This document shows positions 26,296-40,760 of a DNA stretch of 64,000 bases, one piece after another. A program made the position numbers and the translations under genes. The stretch comes from Bispira polyomma (taxonomy: Eukaryota). Each line of letters opens with the position of its first letter. The stretch's first letter is position 1. The stretch is from assembly GCA_965649765.1 (NCBI GenBank), contig OZ287749.1, positions 25,978,001-26,042,000 on the forward strand, read 5' to 3'. The notes below the pieces were generated by a model that had not been told where the DNA came from, did not search any database, and was given only the letters and a program-made list of their open reading frames with translations.

Positions 26296-26604
26296 NNNNN
26301 NNNNNNNNNNNNNNNNNNNNNNNNNNNNNNNNNNNNNNNNNNNNNNNNNNNNNNNNNNNNNNNNNNNNNNNNNNNNNNNNNNNNNNNNNNNNNNNNNNNN
26401 NNNNNNNNNNNNNNNNNNNNNNNNNNNNNNNNNNNNNNNNNNNNNNNNNNNNNNNNNNNNNNNNNNNNNNNNNNNNNNNNNNNNNNNNNNNNNNNNNNNN
26501 NNNNNNNNNNNNNNNNNNNNNNNNNNNNNNNNNNNNNNNNNNNNNNNNNNNNNNNNNNNNNNNNNNNNNNNNNNNNNNNNNNNNNNNNNNNNNNNNNNNN
26601 NNNN
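26296..26604. other. Assembly gap (309 N)
   Basis: Run of N followed by a TA-rich flank. Confidence 1.
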
Positions 26605-27692
26605 AGTACCATATATATATATATGTATATACTACCTCAAACAATAGTTAATTGGTTATTCACCACCATATATATATTTATGTATATATAGAGATATAGA
26701 TATACAGGACCATTGAAACAATAAGCCTTTATTGTCTGTTGTTTTTTTTGACACCTTCCAAATAGATACAAAACCCATACCATATGTTTCAGAACAATAG
26801 ACCTCCTTCCCTCCAACAAAAAAAAATTATTTGGCTATTCTAATTGGTTTTGTAATGTTATAATACATACTTAATTGTAACCATTACCCTGGTGATTATA
26901 TTTTACAAAAGTACCACTGGGAGGACAGGTCCTTCAACTAAATCAACAATATAAAATTCTCCAACTCAATCCCATGGCTTACACAATACACATCTGCAGG
27001 CTTTGCTCTCCCCTTCCCCACCTATATCTTTCTAACCACAGAATAATACCAAGCCAGCCTTTATAGTGCTATAGTCCATACAAAATCACACACCATTGAA
27101 AAAGTCCATATAACAACTAAAGACTTCATTAAAAATCTAGAAAATGTAGCTCTGTTAAAACCAGAAAAGCTTTAAAAGAAAGAGATTATATAAGAATAGA
27201 AGAGGTAAAATGAAGAGGGGGGTGGGGGGGGGGAGTTAGTGGGTGAGTGCTATTTACAACTATTCAGGTCTTTTAAAGACGTCCCCCATTTGTTATACAT
27301 ACATTTTATAGATTCACTTTAGGATTTGAAAACAAATCTAATGGGTTCCCTATAAAAACAGTTGTGTGTAAACAGAGAGGTGGCATTGAGGGACACACAT
27401 ATAATATACCAGATGAATGGTATTATGGGAGAGGTGGGGGTAGGGGCAGGTTAGGGTACCTTGAGGATGAGGAAATCAGGGGTAAACATATGATACAGAA
27501 AGTATGGAGATAATGGTATAGCAATCTTTTACATTGATAGTATGTGGGAGGGACTCTAACTGGTGTCTTTGTGTGTGTGTACACAATACATGCGGTAGGG
27601 TTCTTGAAACATGCCCACTATGCCAAATATTACACCAGCTTAACTATTTCAGCAGACATTATAGTACCGTCTAATTTACAAATAGTTGTCAC

Positions 27693-28399
27693 TAAAATGG
27701 TGGTTCCACTATACCAATTTGGGCCTCGAACTTGTCGATTTTGGGTCCGGTGCATTTCCGTAAAGGTCTAGGGGCGAAAACGAAGTGCTCGCAGTGGTCG
27801 GGAAGGATATTTAACATGTTTGATATTTTCTAATAGTACCCCAGACTAGCTCCACGACCCCTAAAAATGGGAAGGTCGGTATCGTCGAATCAGTTTTGTC
27901 TCATAGGTTTTCTCTTACACCAGGCCTGTCCTAACAGTAACCCGTTAAAATGTATAGGTCAGGGGGGGGGGGGGGGGATGGGCAAATAAGGCGGTCAGGA
28001 AGAATATAAGACCATTTTGACAGTTATTTTACCATAGCGCAGTCCCGACCTTGATTAATAGAAGTACGAACGTGAGAAATGGGGGTACAGATCTGTCATA
28101 TCTTGTCGCCAATAGTATCGATCATATCGTCAGTAAGTTCGATCCTAGGCCGATACGTCAGATCCTTTCTCCAGTGAGTTCGCTCCTAACCTGGGTCGGG
28201 GAGGTGGGGAAGTTTTAGTATATACTTCAAGTTCGATCATGGTTTGTAACGGGATGCAATCAGTTTGATCTGGATGGTCGGGCCACACTTTCATTTACCC
28301 ACCCAAAATATTACATTGATGATTTTTTGCCACGACTGCTCGGATCTCAGAATCGGGCCCATTTTGACGATGGAACTCGAATATGGAACCACCACTTTA
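27693..28399. mobile_element. MITE-like non-autonomous DNA transposon (about 700 bp)
   Basis: Terminal inverted repeats TAAAATGGTGGTTCCA / TGGAACCACCACTTTA (15/16), weaker subterminal symmetry, and a CpG-rich interior unlike the flanks. Confidence 0.55.
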
Positions 28400-31300
28400 C
28401 GTCCATGGGTGATACAGAGAATTTCCTAAATATTTTTCAAAATCCAGTAAATCGCCCAAGTCATTATTCATATTTTTATTACTTTAACCATTTCTTATAT
28501 TGCAACGGATGAATCCAAAAAAGCATGTGCATGAAACGAGTTTCACACATTCGGGAGTTAGAAGCATGTGCACAAACCTTGACCACTCGGCTAAAAATGT
28601 GTCAGCTCATAATAACTTGTGCATGAGCCAGAAGAGTTTAACAGAAACTTGTCAGGAGTCATATGCGGAGTACCCCCAAAGATATCCAGAGTCAACAGGA
28701 GTTTGACAAGAGGTGCCCCGAACTGCATGGATTTATACTACTAGCTCATCAGCATGCCGTACACTGACTATACAAGAGGTATCCCGAGATAGGCATTCCT
28801 GTTTAGATTGTATACAGTACATCAACAGTACATCAAAACCATTAGAACTCAGATTTAGTTGGGCTAAATCGGCATAACCTTGTCAAAGTTGACTTTTTTT
28901 ACATGTGAAAGTAGCTTTTCAACTTACTCCATTCATAATTTTGCACAACAGATATATTACTGTATTTATGTGATTTACTATCAACTAAATCTTCTATAGA
29001 CACTGCATAAATATCTTTCCTGGACGTCTGAATATGATATCATTTTGTGAAATGCAAAAATCAAATTTCTTAAAAGCCTGAAGTTTCCATGTACAGCTTT
29101 ACTCACTTTGATTATAACTGCTTTATACAAAAATTCTAAGCTGAATTCATGCTATTGACTATTTAAGCTATAATTACATATTATAGTTATTTTCTTCATA
29201 CCATGTAATTCTGGTCAAAAGTAGATACAAACTCTTAACAGTGGCCTGTTTGTAGTAAACTAATCTTTAACTGTAAACTCAGAAAAGGGTAGTTTGTCTA
29301 AGCTAAGCCTAACTATTTTTCCATGTTTCCAATGTTTATGTCTTCAACTAAAATGTCCAAGTATAACTATGATGTTATGTATACAAAAGCACAGAGAAGT
29401 TAATAATACAAAGTATTTTCAGTGGTTTGGGGCGCTTATATATGGTAGAAAGGCGGTACTGTAAGGGTCTTACGGTAGTTATAGACCCAGGTGCTAATAT
29501 TTCCCTCCCCTCTCAGATCTGCATTCCTCCAGTGCACAAAGCAGCCTTTCTCCACCCTTGTTGATTTCCTATGACACCTCAATAGTGAAAGGATTGGAGG
29601 TTGATTTTTTTATGCACTGTCACTAGTGGATCATTGCACATATGTACTTTAGCCTCTAGCAAGGCACTTTTATCATATAAAGACAGTATTTATGGAAGAT
29701 ATGATGCTTTAAAAATGAATACACATAATCATGAAACAAGGCACTCTTAAATCCTTTGGTATGCTGACAGAATATAGCCATTCTCTGTGGCTTTGCATTC
29801 TTTTTGGTGTAGTATGATCATACAAGGGGGTTACTGGAAAATTCTAAAAGTGTCTAATAATTAATGTACTTGTATGTTATGCAATTTTGTTTTTGCCATT
29901 GTAGAAGAAAATATAAAGGAATTAATATGAAGTAATAGGTCATTTCTAATGTTTAAACATAATATATAATATTATAACAATTTGTAATACGTTTTAGTAG
30001 ATATTTTCCCATCTATTAAAATATCACTTAGTTGCAAAGATTTACAGTAATATTTTGGCATTAAGTTTTGAAATTGTGAATTTAAATTAAATTTGTTTCC
30101 AGAGAAATTTACCAAATTTAACATGCTTTGAGTTTTGTGACAGTCTTGTCATTAGTATAACCCATAATTGGATCTACACCAGATAATTATGGAAATATAG
30201 GTTTGGAAAAATAAAAAGAAACATAGCTGTATTTTTTTCTGCTACAGATATGTGCTACTAGTCTCAGTAAAACTCTTATCCGAATTGCAGATGTAGACTA
30301 ACAATAGAACTCTTACAAACTTGAAAGTTATCAAATGCTTTTCATAGATCAATAAACCAATTTTCAGCATCCACAACCAAATGCTATACACACACACCAA
30401 TTTATCCTACTAGAGAGAGGTCATCACAGGAATTACTTCCTAAACTGGAAGAATGTAAAAACAAAATTAACAATTATATAAAGTTTAAAGTCAGTTGATT
30501 AAACCCCCCCCCCCCTCCAAAAAATGATGGGGAGAGGGGGATTGTACAATGATAGAAGTCAATTCTAACATGTAGGTTTATCTGTTTATCATTTTACAGC
30601 ACCAACACAAAAAAGACATATTTCTATATATAACAAAAAGGTCTGAGACCAAAAAAGGTACCTACACACTTATGAACATGTATAGAGCAAATCTCTTGGA
30701 TTTTGGTCAACAACTCTCCAAGTGGCTCTCTGGAATCATTCACTCATATAACCCCCAACTCACTTCATTACACTCGTTAATATTATCAATTTTATTATCT
30801 GTCAACTTAAGCATACATATAAGATTACCACTTGAGATTTTTCACTCCACTTTGCAGATCATATGTATTGTTCAGCTTTACTGAACACGTGTAGTTAAAT
30901 ACATAGAACGACTTTTCACATTTTACTGGTATGGGACACATAATAGAAAAACAGGAGTCAGTGGTGGATCATTTGATATCAACACCACATTGTGTTACAC
31001 TTTGGGTTTTTATTCGGTTATTCTTGTTTGTTTCACAGTGAAATGTACCCATACAATGATCTGTATATGATATTTTAAAGCTGATCCTATATGCTTAATA
31101 GAACAGAACCAAAAAGTTTTTATGCCATAAATAATGTAAATCTTAAAAAGGGCTTATTTTCTTCTGCATCTAAAATGGTATAGCAAAAGAATATACTCTT
31201 CCCATTTACTTTCAAATTTATCTGGTAATATATCAGCGTGGCGTACCCCACCCCATAGATATTGTCCATAGACGATAACACATATATCCTGGTATACAGT

Positions 31301-31539
31301 TCATATTCATTTGTGAAGATATTAACTTTAAATATTGCATATTGTCTATTGGATTCGATCCCAATATCCTTAGAGGTGAGAAGTTGGCGATATTAAAGCA
31401 CAGCTTAGAACCAATAGGTCACTGCGGTCCTATGTTTGACTTAAAAAAGAAATCCAAGAGTAGTGATTTACTTTCATTCCCACTTCGTTTAACCTGTCAA
31501 ATGCCATAGATACCTTCTAGTTGAAGTGGGGGTGAGTTT

Positions 31540-32680
31540 CTCTGCATATTTTGGCATCTAAAATAGAACTAATGTCTTGATATCTTTGGCAGTTACTATA
31601 CCAAACATGGTTCCTGGGTACTTAATAGAACAAGTCTTGTTTTTGGGGCATTGATATACCTAATATGACTCCTGGGTACATAATAATAATTATAAGTATA
31701 GGGTCTCTTTGTAGTTAACTGTACGAATTATGGTCCCTGGATACTTAGTGCACTAAGTATGGTCCATGGTACTTAGTGTGGGTACTTATTATTATGGATA
31801 CTTATTGTACCAAGTATGGTTATTTGTTATTTATGGTACCAACTATGGCCCTTGGGTATTTAGCGTACCAACTATGGCCCCATTTGTACTTAGTGTACCA
31901 ACTATGGCCTGTGTACTTACTGTACCAACTATGGTCCCTGTGTACTTAATGTACCGATTATGGTCTCTGTGTACTTAGTGTACCAACTATGGCCCTTGGG
32001 TACTTAATATACCAACTATGGCCCTTGGGTACTTAATGTACAAACTATAGTTCCTGTGTACTTAATGTACCAACTATGGTCCCTGTGTACTTAATGTACC
32101 GATTATGATCCCTGTGTACTTAGTGTACCAACTATGGCCCCTGGGTACTTAATGTACCAACTATGGCCCTTGGGTACTTAATGTGCAAACTATAGTTCCT
32201 GTGTACTTAATGTACCAACTATGGCCCTTGGGTACTTGATGTACAAACTATGGTCCCTGTGTACTTAATGTACCAACTATGGCCCTTGGGTACTTGATGT
32301 ACAAACTATAGTTCCTGTGTACTTAATGTACCAACTCTGGGTTTTTTTACTTATTGCACTGAGCATGGTCCATATTGGTACTTATTCTAACAGGTATGGT
32401 CCCTGAGTACCTTTTGAATCAAGTATAATCCCTATATACTGATATTAGTAAGTATGATCCTTGGGTACTTGTCTCAAAATATACTTCTACCTAACATGGT
32501 TATTGGATACTTGTACCTAGTATAGTTACTCGATACTTTCCCCTAGTATGGTAATTGAGTATTTGTAGCGAGTAAGATTCTTGGATACTTGTACCTAGTA
32601 TGGTTCTTGGATACTTGTAGCAAGTATGTTGTGGCAAGTATGGTTCTTGGGTACTGATTATAGTAAGCATGGTCCTGAAT
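31540..32680. repeat. 29-bp minisatellite (consensus GTACCAACTATGGYCCYTGKGTACTTAAT)
   Basis: About 17 well-conserved units at 31836-32327, mostly at exact 29-nt spacing. Flanks are degenerate, and the right flank shifts to about 26-bp units (ATACTTGTACCTAGTATGGTTCTTGG). Confidence 0.95.
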
Positions 32681-33612
32681 ATTATAATTATTATCCATTT
32701 ATTCTTTAATTTAATGGCATTTTATAACATGAAGTCACTGATAATGATAATTTGTAGGTCAGATAACAGGTCAAACTAGTATTTCTACATCCATTCACCT
32801 AATGTGATGATGACAAGATCATTTTACCAAAATTCTTATTGTAGTAACAATTCTAACACAGACCACACCGTTAATCTTTAATCTTTTCTTTAAATTCCTT
32901 TTTTCAGAGTGATCTCCTCATGGGAGCTCATTTATGCTTCTTTCGCCATTTTTCCTACCAGTGCTGTATGCATGCTGCCCATGGCCAAGATTTAGGGGGG
33001 GGGGGGTGCTTGATATTTCTTGACACTGAAAAACAGAATTTAAAGTCAAATGAGTGAAAAACATGAAAACAAGTCAATCAATTCACCTTTATAGGTACCC
33101 TAGCGGACAGATGTGTGTATGGGGGGGGGGGGGGGGGGGGAGAGAGGAGGGGCCTAAATGGACTGGTGTAACGTGACAATATAACAAAACACTAGCCACA
33201 TTGTAGAGAGGGGGAGGGGGTAGTATGTTGGTAGGGAGTTTATAAACCCGACCCTTAAGTCCACTCGAGTGGTTGAACTGCCAGTGTCGGCCGTACGCCG
33301 TGTTGTGTGTCCGGCACCTGTCTGGGAGAGTTAGGACTTCTCTCCTTACTTGTAAATACATCTAGTGTGACGAGAAGTATAAGGTGGGTGGGATGTTGGC
33401 TTTGTAGAAGTGATCTCAAACTCAATTCTAAGGTGGCCTATAGTTAAAATCTGACTTGCAACATTCAATGTTTTAGTAAAAACGAGTGGTTATACAAGAT
33501 GGAAGGTGAATGATTATTGTGCCAGAAAATAGTGTATAATTTGGAAATTTTTAGTGGGATGAAAATTTCAGTAATATTACTATGTCTAATGATAAGAGGT
33601 TCATTGAAATAA

Positions 33613-33846
33613 ATAATCACTAATATCACTCTTTTTAGTAAGGATATCAATGGAAATTTAAATTTTCATTTGGAATTGTTTGCCTTCATTGTTTGCCTTA
33701 AATATGGTCTATAACTGTTGGGTAAAACCATAATCACTTATATCACTCTTTTTAGTTAAGATAGCAAGAGAAATTAAAAATTTTATTGGGAATTGTTTGC
33801 CTTCATTGTTTGTTTTTAATATGGTCTATAACTGTTGGTAATAACA
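33613..33846. repeat. 117-bp tandem duplication
   Basis: ATAATCACT.ATATCACTCTTTTTAGT...GGAATTGTTTGCCTTCATTGTTTG...AATATGGTCTATAACTGTTGG at 33613 and 33730. Confidence 0.92.
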
Positions 33847-36485
33847 GTTGCTGCTATGACTCTTACAGATTACCGTCTAATATCCTGAATCCATTACACA
33901 CATAACTCTCATATGTACACATCATATGTACACGCACTGTATGTATTTCTTTAGCGTGTTTCCATATATCCGTCTAAGTCATGTGTATCTCCTAAAATTA
34001 TATTTTGACAGATATGGATAGCTGAAGTTATAAGAACTGTCTTTAAGTTGTGGTATGAAAATTTGCATATTAAACAAATAAATGATCTGGCCTCATTGAC
34101 GGATACGTTTGACGTGTACGGCTGACGTGCATACATGTGTGTGGGAACAGAACTTCAAGTCTGATACCTCATTCTCTCACTTTAACACAGGACTGATGAG
34201 CAATTAACTGATAGATTTCCAGATCAACCATTAACGTCTCATGTTTGCATCTCAGGCTTAAACTCTCTTCATATTTTTATTTGTCTGTTAAAAACTTTAC
34301 AACAACGGCCACAGTTGCAGAATTGACAGTTGTACAAATATGAAATAGTGTATAATATGTTGTAATAGGCTTGTGTGGAAACATGGAGTATTATATACTT
34401 TTGGTAGAAATCTAAGCATACATCAATTTGAGGTCATCTCTTTTTATAGTCTAAGAATTTTTTTTTTTTTCAAAGGGATGATGATGCTACTTGGTCACGT
34501 GGTTTCCCTGGAGTGGCTTTAGATCACAAAAACCACTTGGTGCTGGGGTGGGGAGGAGGGGGGTGGGGGTTGTGGTGTGGGAGAGTTGTCTTTGATTTGT
34601 GTTTAATGAGGGAGAAAATCAATATCTCGAGGTCGACTGAAGAGGGCTTGTAATCGTTGGCATTAAAAATGATGAGGGATGGCGGGCTGTGTGTGTATGG
34701 AGGGGGGGGGGGGGGGTCGTTAGTTGGTTGGGCAGAGGTCATAAAGCATTACAGTCTAAACTTAAAGGCAGGCTACCTAATAGAATGCATACCTCCACAT
34801 TCTATTAAGTGAAAAACGTGAAAAACAGAAATCTTAGATCTATCCTTCTACTGCTGGAAAGTTTATTGTTTTAAGGAAAATCACACGACAAACCATGATA
34901 TATGCTAATTTTTACCACAATTAGAGGCGTAGTAACACAAAGGCAAAGTCTGAGTGTGTATATGCTCCAAGAGTAGCGTATATCATAGGTTTTGAATGTC
35001 TTATTCCGATTCTTACATGACAACGTGAATTCTAGTGTATTTAGTGGAATATTATGTTACCGGAGGAACTATTTTTCTCTGAGCATCAATCCTATGGACG
35101 AATGCAGCCCAAATGTATATGATAATTTTACCAAAGCTTCCGGCCAATCAGTCAAATTCACTGACACATCCGTGTCATGTTCAAATCCTCCATATACACC
35201 TCTCCGTCATTTCAATCTATATTGTAGTTTAGGGCATAATCCTTGAGACAAACCATGCAAGAAATAGATGCAAAAACATAACGTCTGTCGTGGAGAAAGA
35301 TGGTATAAACACACCCACCAAAAAAAACAACAACATAAAATTAAAAATGATTTTCTATGTTATCTCCTCTCAGTCAGAGAAACAATAGCTACCATTGTTA
35401 TAAGATTCAACTAATAAGTGTCATTCTTGAAGTGCATTATTAATGATGTTAGGGGGTTATGGAAGTTCAGCCCCAATTCATTAATCTTCTCCTTCAGAAG
35501 ATTATTAAAGGGTTTTAGTATGAGGTACTTACAAAGACACAAGATGTTTTGTACAGGTACAGCCAATAACCAGATGTATGGGGACCCACTCAATTATATG
35601 CTTATATGTAGTAGTATTTAAACAATTTTATTAGGCACAGTCTGATATGGATTTCATTCTAAAAAGGGTGCGGTCATATTGGAAATATGTAATGCCTTCA
35701 CGGATTGGTTGAAAACAATCGACCCGGCAAAACTGAGGGGTGTCAGATTTATATTACCAGGCACAGTGAAATGAGGAAGGTTTCTGATGTACTGATGCAG
35801 AAAGAGCATCTGTTATTACACTCTCCTGTGAAATACACTTTAGGTATTGAAATAAAATTAGAAAACTTCATGCATGGTGGAAATAATATGTAAGGTCTTC
35901 TTGGGTTAGTTTAAAGCAATCGACCCGGCCAAACTGCAGGGGTGTCAATCAAACTGTGCGCCGATGTCTTTTACAAAAGACAACTCTTGTTAAGAACATT
36001 TTTTTTCATTTCTTGATGTCAGAAGTTTGGCAAATGACGTCTGAAGCAAACTTTACAGCTTCTCCTGTTGGTTGTGAAATGATTGTTTGGTTTATCTTGT
36101 TCTATTTTTTTAAGATCTCATTTGAGCTATCTTATGTGTTGTTTATTTGAATTTCTAACTGCTCCACAATAGCCAAACCAAGCTTTAAGTGAGAGATATC
36201 TTTGTTGTTTGCTGGTACACATGGTGATTGAATTTAAAACTCTTTATTAATTTATTAATAAGTTTCTATTCCTCAATGTACATTTCTATATAGGTCAATG
36301 ACAAAGTAGTGTCACAATTTTAATTGATCAGCAAGCTATGTATATAACTGGAAGTGCTTTACAGGATAGAACTCAAACCAACTATGCTTTACAACAGTTG
36401 CTTGTAATTGTATTAATTAAATACATATATTCTACCTGTATTTGTCAAAGACAGGCATGGTTTTTATAATTTACACAAATTAGAA

Positions 36486-36692
36486 AACATACTTTGTGGG
36501 ATTGTGTACAAAAACGAATATTGTTTATTCCATATGGAAATGTATGAGTTACAAATATTACTTACAGTGTCATCAAGTAATCAGGTTGCACAAATTATAA
36601 AGCATTCTTTGGGGGATTGAGTCAAAAGCAAATATTGTAGATCCATATGGAAATGTAAAAGTTACGAAAATTACTTATATATGCCACCAAGA
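36486..36692. repeat. About 114-bp diverged tandem duplication
   Basis: CTTTG.GGGATTG...AATATTGT...TCCATATGGAAATGTA..AGTTAC.AA.ATTACTTA occurs twice. Confidence 0.8.
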
Positions 36693-38044
36693 TTGCCTCA
36701 CAATCAATATTATGCTACGGTTGAGACATAATCATGGCTACTTTGGTGATTTCCTGTCAAGCTGGCAAAACAAATATTACATAAACGAAGCCACATGAAG
36801 CAACAAAAAAAATTATCCATAAAGTAGCTCCATTTTAGTTTTTGTTTTACGGTCAGCTTTTTCAAGAAGAAAAAACTCCAAAACCTTTTAAATGCTAAGC
36901 ATGAATGGTTTACTGAGTGATTAAATCAAGTGTTTGACAGCAACTGCTAAGTATTTGTTTAATGTTGTAGCTAATGTTATTTTTAAAATATAAATGTATT
37001 TTTTTTACTTAGCATACCACCGGCAAAGCAAGGCAGGATGCTAAAAAAACTCCAAAAGCCATCAACTATGCAGATGACAAGTTTGTTGAGTGATGATGTA
37101 GAGTGTTTGACAGTGTTAGGTAAGAGTTTGTTGAGTAAAGTTTGTCTCCAGATTGAAGTGAGTACTTAGCTCAGCACTTGGGACGGTCTTATTTTTTTCT
37201 TTTTTTTTCACCCCAAAATCTCTTCTTTTTTTTATCTTATAGTTAAAGGCAACCGCAAAGGTAGTAAGTTCAACTATATGGACTGTTTTTGTTAAGACAA
37301 AGAAATCATTTGAACGGTACCAAGGATATTGGTGATATTTTTAGTTAAGCTTAAGCACGGGACTCTTTCGGGGCTGCTTACAACCTTGCTACATCAGTAG
37401 ACTACACAATTGCCTTACTGATTTTGTTTAGAAGATGCCTAGCATTAATAAAGCATGTTAAAAATGCATAATAATAATAAATAATAATGATGTTAGTGGT
37501 TTATTGTCTTAAATCAAATCAAATTACACTTAATAATATATATGTACCATGGTTGTTATATATTTTTTATACATTATTATGTGGATGATATATAACCATG
37601 TAATATACAATCGAGAACAATCCAAAGGTTGAAAATATTTTTTCCATACATATGATATACGTGAAATTAAAGTAGACAATATATTAACATTTCCTCACCA
37701 AATTGATAACTTGTTTTATCCAGAATATTCACATCTCTCAGAATACCCTCATATTTATTAATTCCTAATGCAAAGTTCCACAAGTTTATTTACATTAGCT
37801 TAGACATCTAATTATAGCTTTAGCCACCTAATTATTGTACAGACAGCAGACACATACAATTTTGCAAATGACATAAACGATTATTTTGGAGCATAGCTAT
37901 ATATTGAAATATAAGGAAACCTCCATCCTTTCTGTTGCTATAGAACTTTTACCCATATATCTGTGATTGTGTTTTATCCCAGACACTTTAGTTCTTGGAT
38001 ATGCAGATGACACATGTAATAAGGGTTGCAGAGAGAACAAGTCC

Positions 38045-38202
38045 GTTTGATTTGATTTTTGGTTTAATGTCACTTTCAACACATTGTATATAGGTCATAT
38101 ATGACGAAGGGCAGTTTTACTGCTGGAGGAAACCAGTGTATATACCAGTTGGTCAAGATTCTACACTGTAAACCAGTGACCATTGGCAAGCAACATTCCC
38201 AC
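38045..38202 (-). mobile_element. 3' half of a family-A-related SINE
   Basis: Minus strand reads CTGGTTTACAGTGTAGAATCTTGACCAACTGG...GGTTTCCTCCAGC...AAACTGCCC...TATGACC...GTTGAAAGTGACATTAAACC...(TCAAA)n. Confidence 0.75.
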
Positions 38203-38796
38203 TTAAATGGGAGTCACAAGGTATAAACAATTAAATAAGGTTGGTGGTGGTATGTTGTGTTTGTGTATGTATAATAAATTGCCCAAAGTGTTACAAAATT
38301 GTTTGTATATTCTTTTAACCTCTCATTCGATGGCCAAACCTCAGGTAACTTTGACTTACTTTCCAGCTGGGGAGACTGTTACTGTATAGACACAGAGCCT
38401 CTTCCCTACACGCCTAAAACACCACAGAGAACAACTATAAGAGATACACACCTACTCAGTATTTAATGGAAATTATGACCTCTATTATCTGAGTTGGAAG
38501 AGCAATATTTTGTTCGAATAAAATAGAAATTTTAGAGAATGAAATCTAATTAGTTATTATAAAATAAGATAACACATGCTAATTGTAAATAATATAGATG
38601 TTTCTGAAGTACACAATGTCATCATATATACTGGATCATTAGCCGTAATATGTCACAAAAAAAGAGATTTGAGTTGTTTACACATATGACATTCTAAATA
38701 GATTTGCAATTGTGTGACGTCATAATACAATAATTGTTATATCGCTGTGGTACTCACTCTGTAGCAAAATAATTTTTTTTTTCAATTTTTAGGCCT

Positions 38797-39028
38797 TTAA
38801 AGGGCAGTTCATACGCTGCAACTACTCGCATGCAATAAATCTCATGAAGCAAAAGTTACATACAATTCCTGGTATTCTTGATCTTGTCATATAGAATTAG
38901 AGCACTGTTGTAATTCTGTGCAGCAATTGCAGGAGAACAAAACTGGTATGAAACTCACAGCTCCACACCATGCAACTTTGTCTCAAGCGATTAATTGCGA
39001 TTAGTTGCTTTGTGTAAACCTCCCTTAA
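38797..39028. mobile_element. MITE-like element (possibly PIF/Harbinger type)
   Basis: Imperfect inverted ends of about 60 bp: TTAAAGGGCAGTTCATACGCTGCAACTACTCGCA... versus ...TGCGATTAGTTGCTTTGTGTAAACCTCCCTTAA. Confidence 0.6.
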
Positions 39029-40319
39029 AATATTTTAAAATCCAAAAATCATTTTGAGACAGTCATGGTAGGAACATAGACTAAAAATGAAATTTAACAA
39101 ATATAGAGTATGTTTTATTGGAGACTTATTGTGAGTTTATGTCAATAGCCCGTAAAGTAAAAATGATGCCATATATGGTATAACAAAATACAGCCAATTC
39201 TTCGGAAAAAAATAAGGTTTTGAAAGAAAAAATTTAATACCACCTCAAACATTAAAAGTTATTCAGTATGTGGTGTGAGTAACATCCTGAAAAGCTTAAC
39301 TTAGTTTTTCCTTTATGTCCTTAGAGGTCAGCAACCAAAGACTGAAATCCAAGGGAATGTATAACCATGTGACCTCTGGTCACATGATGTATGTATATAA
39401 TAGTTGTACAGAAAGGACACCTGTAGAACGAGGATATAATCCAGCTTATTTTGATTTGCCTAAGATAAATTATGTAAAAATAATTTTCCATTGTTATGGT
39501 TTCTATTGAGTAAATTGTTTATCTTTATCAGTAAGTATTTTAAGAATGTAATTCCCAATGTTATGAAAGGTGTGACCTCCACCCCATACTAACAATGTAC
39601 CCTGTTTTGGTACTGAAGTGCATCAAGAACAACTTTCTTGTTTTGATATTTTTTTGTTCATTTTTTTAACCTTTACTAATGATCTATAAAGTGACAGCTA
39701 TATATTATATATGGTGGAAAGATTACAATGTCTCCCATTCAGTATTTCATGCCAGGTGTTGGGGTTACACTTTTAAGTAATAGTCCATTCAGCATTTAAC
39801 ATTCTAATATGGTCATATATAATGTGTCTGACTGAAATTTGGGGTTTGATGCTGAGAACATTGAAGAATGGATGAAATGCAGTTGCTTGGTGAAACAATA
39901 TTAATATGAAAATGAATACAAACAATACAGAAATATCAAAAGGGTGGCTTCCAATTATAATATTCAGACAATAAAAGCATATGTAGCAGTGAAAGAAGGT
40001 GATACAGGTATTAAATTTTCCATGCACAATTATAGCATAACCCCAGTAGTCCTACAGGCAACTAACGAGAGGCATATGGTCTGCCCATTGCTGTATATTG
40101 AATTTAGAAGCTGTGATTTTGTTAAACGATTTTAAATTATCAAAATGTTAAAGTGTCCTCTTATCCTCCACAACGGCATAATGGGTGTTAAGAAAGCAGA
40201 TAACCTGCTAAAAGGTAAAGGCAGATACATAGGCATCAGATGACCACTAAAAATAATGGTCATTTGTTATTGCAAGGTCCTATTTCCAGTGACAGGCTAA
40301 AAAACTTGGGATGCTGATA

Positions 40320-40760
40320 ATTTTAATGTTTTTACTTCTATAGTGCCACAATCAATGACCAGGTATCCTCTGTAGCGCACAGCCAAATTGATATAAAACA
40401 GAATAGTCCGATAGGCTAAAAGGTTTGTCATGAGAGCTCAGTTGTGACCAGCAAATGAATGTTAAGGCAGAAAGGCGAGTTGATACAGATGTGTTTTGAG
40501 CTTTTTCCTGAAGCCTGTTATCCTTGTCTCGTTCAAGACAAGTATGGAGATTATTCTACTCAGCATGTGCTGCAATTTTAAATGCTTTTGAACCATCCAG
40601 TTTTTTGGGTAAGAAGCCAAAGGTGGAAAGATGATATCCTCTGGTAAGATACCTGAGAGACATCATAGATGATAAGTAGGCAAGTTGCTGCACATGGACA
40701 GTCTTAAAAATTAGGACATATATATAACTGTATATGCCTTTTTAATCCACACAGCTGACA
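40320..40760 (-). mobile_element. L2/CR1-superfamily LINE 3' relic
   Basis: Minus strand translates LIFKTVHVQQLAYLSS ... GSKAFKIAAHAE*NNL ... GFRKKLKTHLYQLAFLP*, then GTGCGCTACAGAG...GGCACTATAGAAG tail. It may extend to about 41040. Confidence 0.75.

Noticed and set aside
26201-26691. ORFs containing X runs
   Set aside because: Artefacts of the N gap.
31540-32680. CRISPR-like array
   Set aside because: The units are head-to-tail with no unique spacers, there are no cas genes, and the context is eukaryotic. It is a minisatellite.
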